Below are positions 63,827 to 64,000 of a DNA stretch of 64,000 nucleotides, piece after piece. The DNA lies in contig CM052832.1 in the NCBI GenBank assembly GCA_028534125.1, positions 6,760,001 to 6,824,000 on the forward strand, read 5' to 3'. The stretch's first letter is position 1; every line of letters starts with the position of its first letter. This DNA is from Lama glama (Eukaryota). Made by a program: the position numbers and the translations under genes. The notes under the pieces are model-generated. The model was not told where the DNA came from. It made no database searches and saw only the letters and a program-made list of their open reading frames with translations.

Positions 63827-64000
63827 TGCTACTTTGATGTGGAGATTGCATAGTTATGTCAGTGTTTAAAGGTTTCAAATCCTAGGAAACCAGCTTCAGA
63901 TATTTGCACAGACCATTCAGCAGATGTGTACATATAGAGGCTCAGTCACACACACACACAGTCACACTCTCACTCATGCTTACACGCACATGGACCAAAA
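63827..64000 (+). other. ENPP5: Start of ENPP5 3' UTR (continues beyond window)
   Basis: Follows the stop codon; no AATAAA before the window end. Confidence 0.8.

Overview
Mammalian genomic DNA, probably camelid (inferred from three tRNA-Ala-derived vic-1-type SINEs and artiodactyl-type L1 3' ends). Two genes lie in tandem on the + strand. (1) The 3' part of RCAN2 (regulator of calcineurin 2): coding exons 10640-10813, 14534-14705 and 31125-31285, then a ~2.1 kb 3' UTR; its first exon(s) lie upstream of the window. (2) ENPP5 (ectonucleotide pyrophosphatase/phosphodiesterase 5): CpG-island promoter at ~54.3-55.1 kb and complete CDS in exons 56957-57785, 59237-59413 and 63390-63826 (480 aa). 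The rest is intronic/intergenic DNA rich in L1, L2, MIR, MaLR/ERV LTR and hAT fossils, with a 500-N gap at 22369-22868. I found no convincing new multi-gene system. The most notable observations are: an apparent chimeric retro-insertion in an ENPP5 intron (an mRNA 3' UTR end, tentatively EIF4E, fused to an L1 fragment); a 5'-inverted twin-primed L1 in RCAN2; a Gly-to-Ala change beside an ENPP5 zinc ligand; a 9-bp GPY duplication in the ENPP5 stalk; an (ATTCT)n-containing pentamer array in a RCAN2 intron; and a strong CTCF motif in the RCAN2 3' UTR. Repeat subfamily names come from recognition of consensus motifs, not a database search, and repeat boundaries are approximate unless target-site duplications (TSDs) are given.
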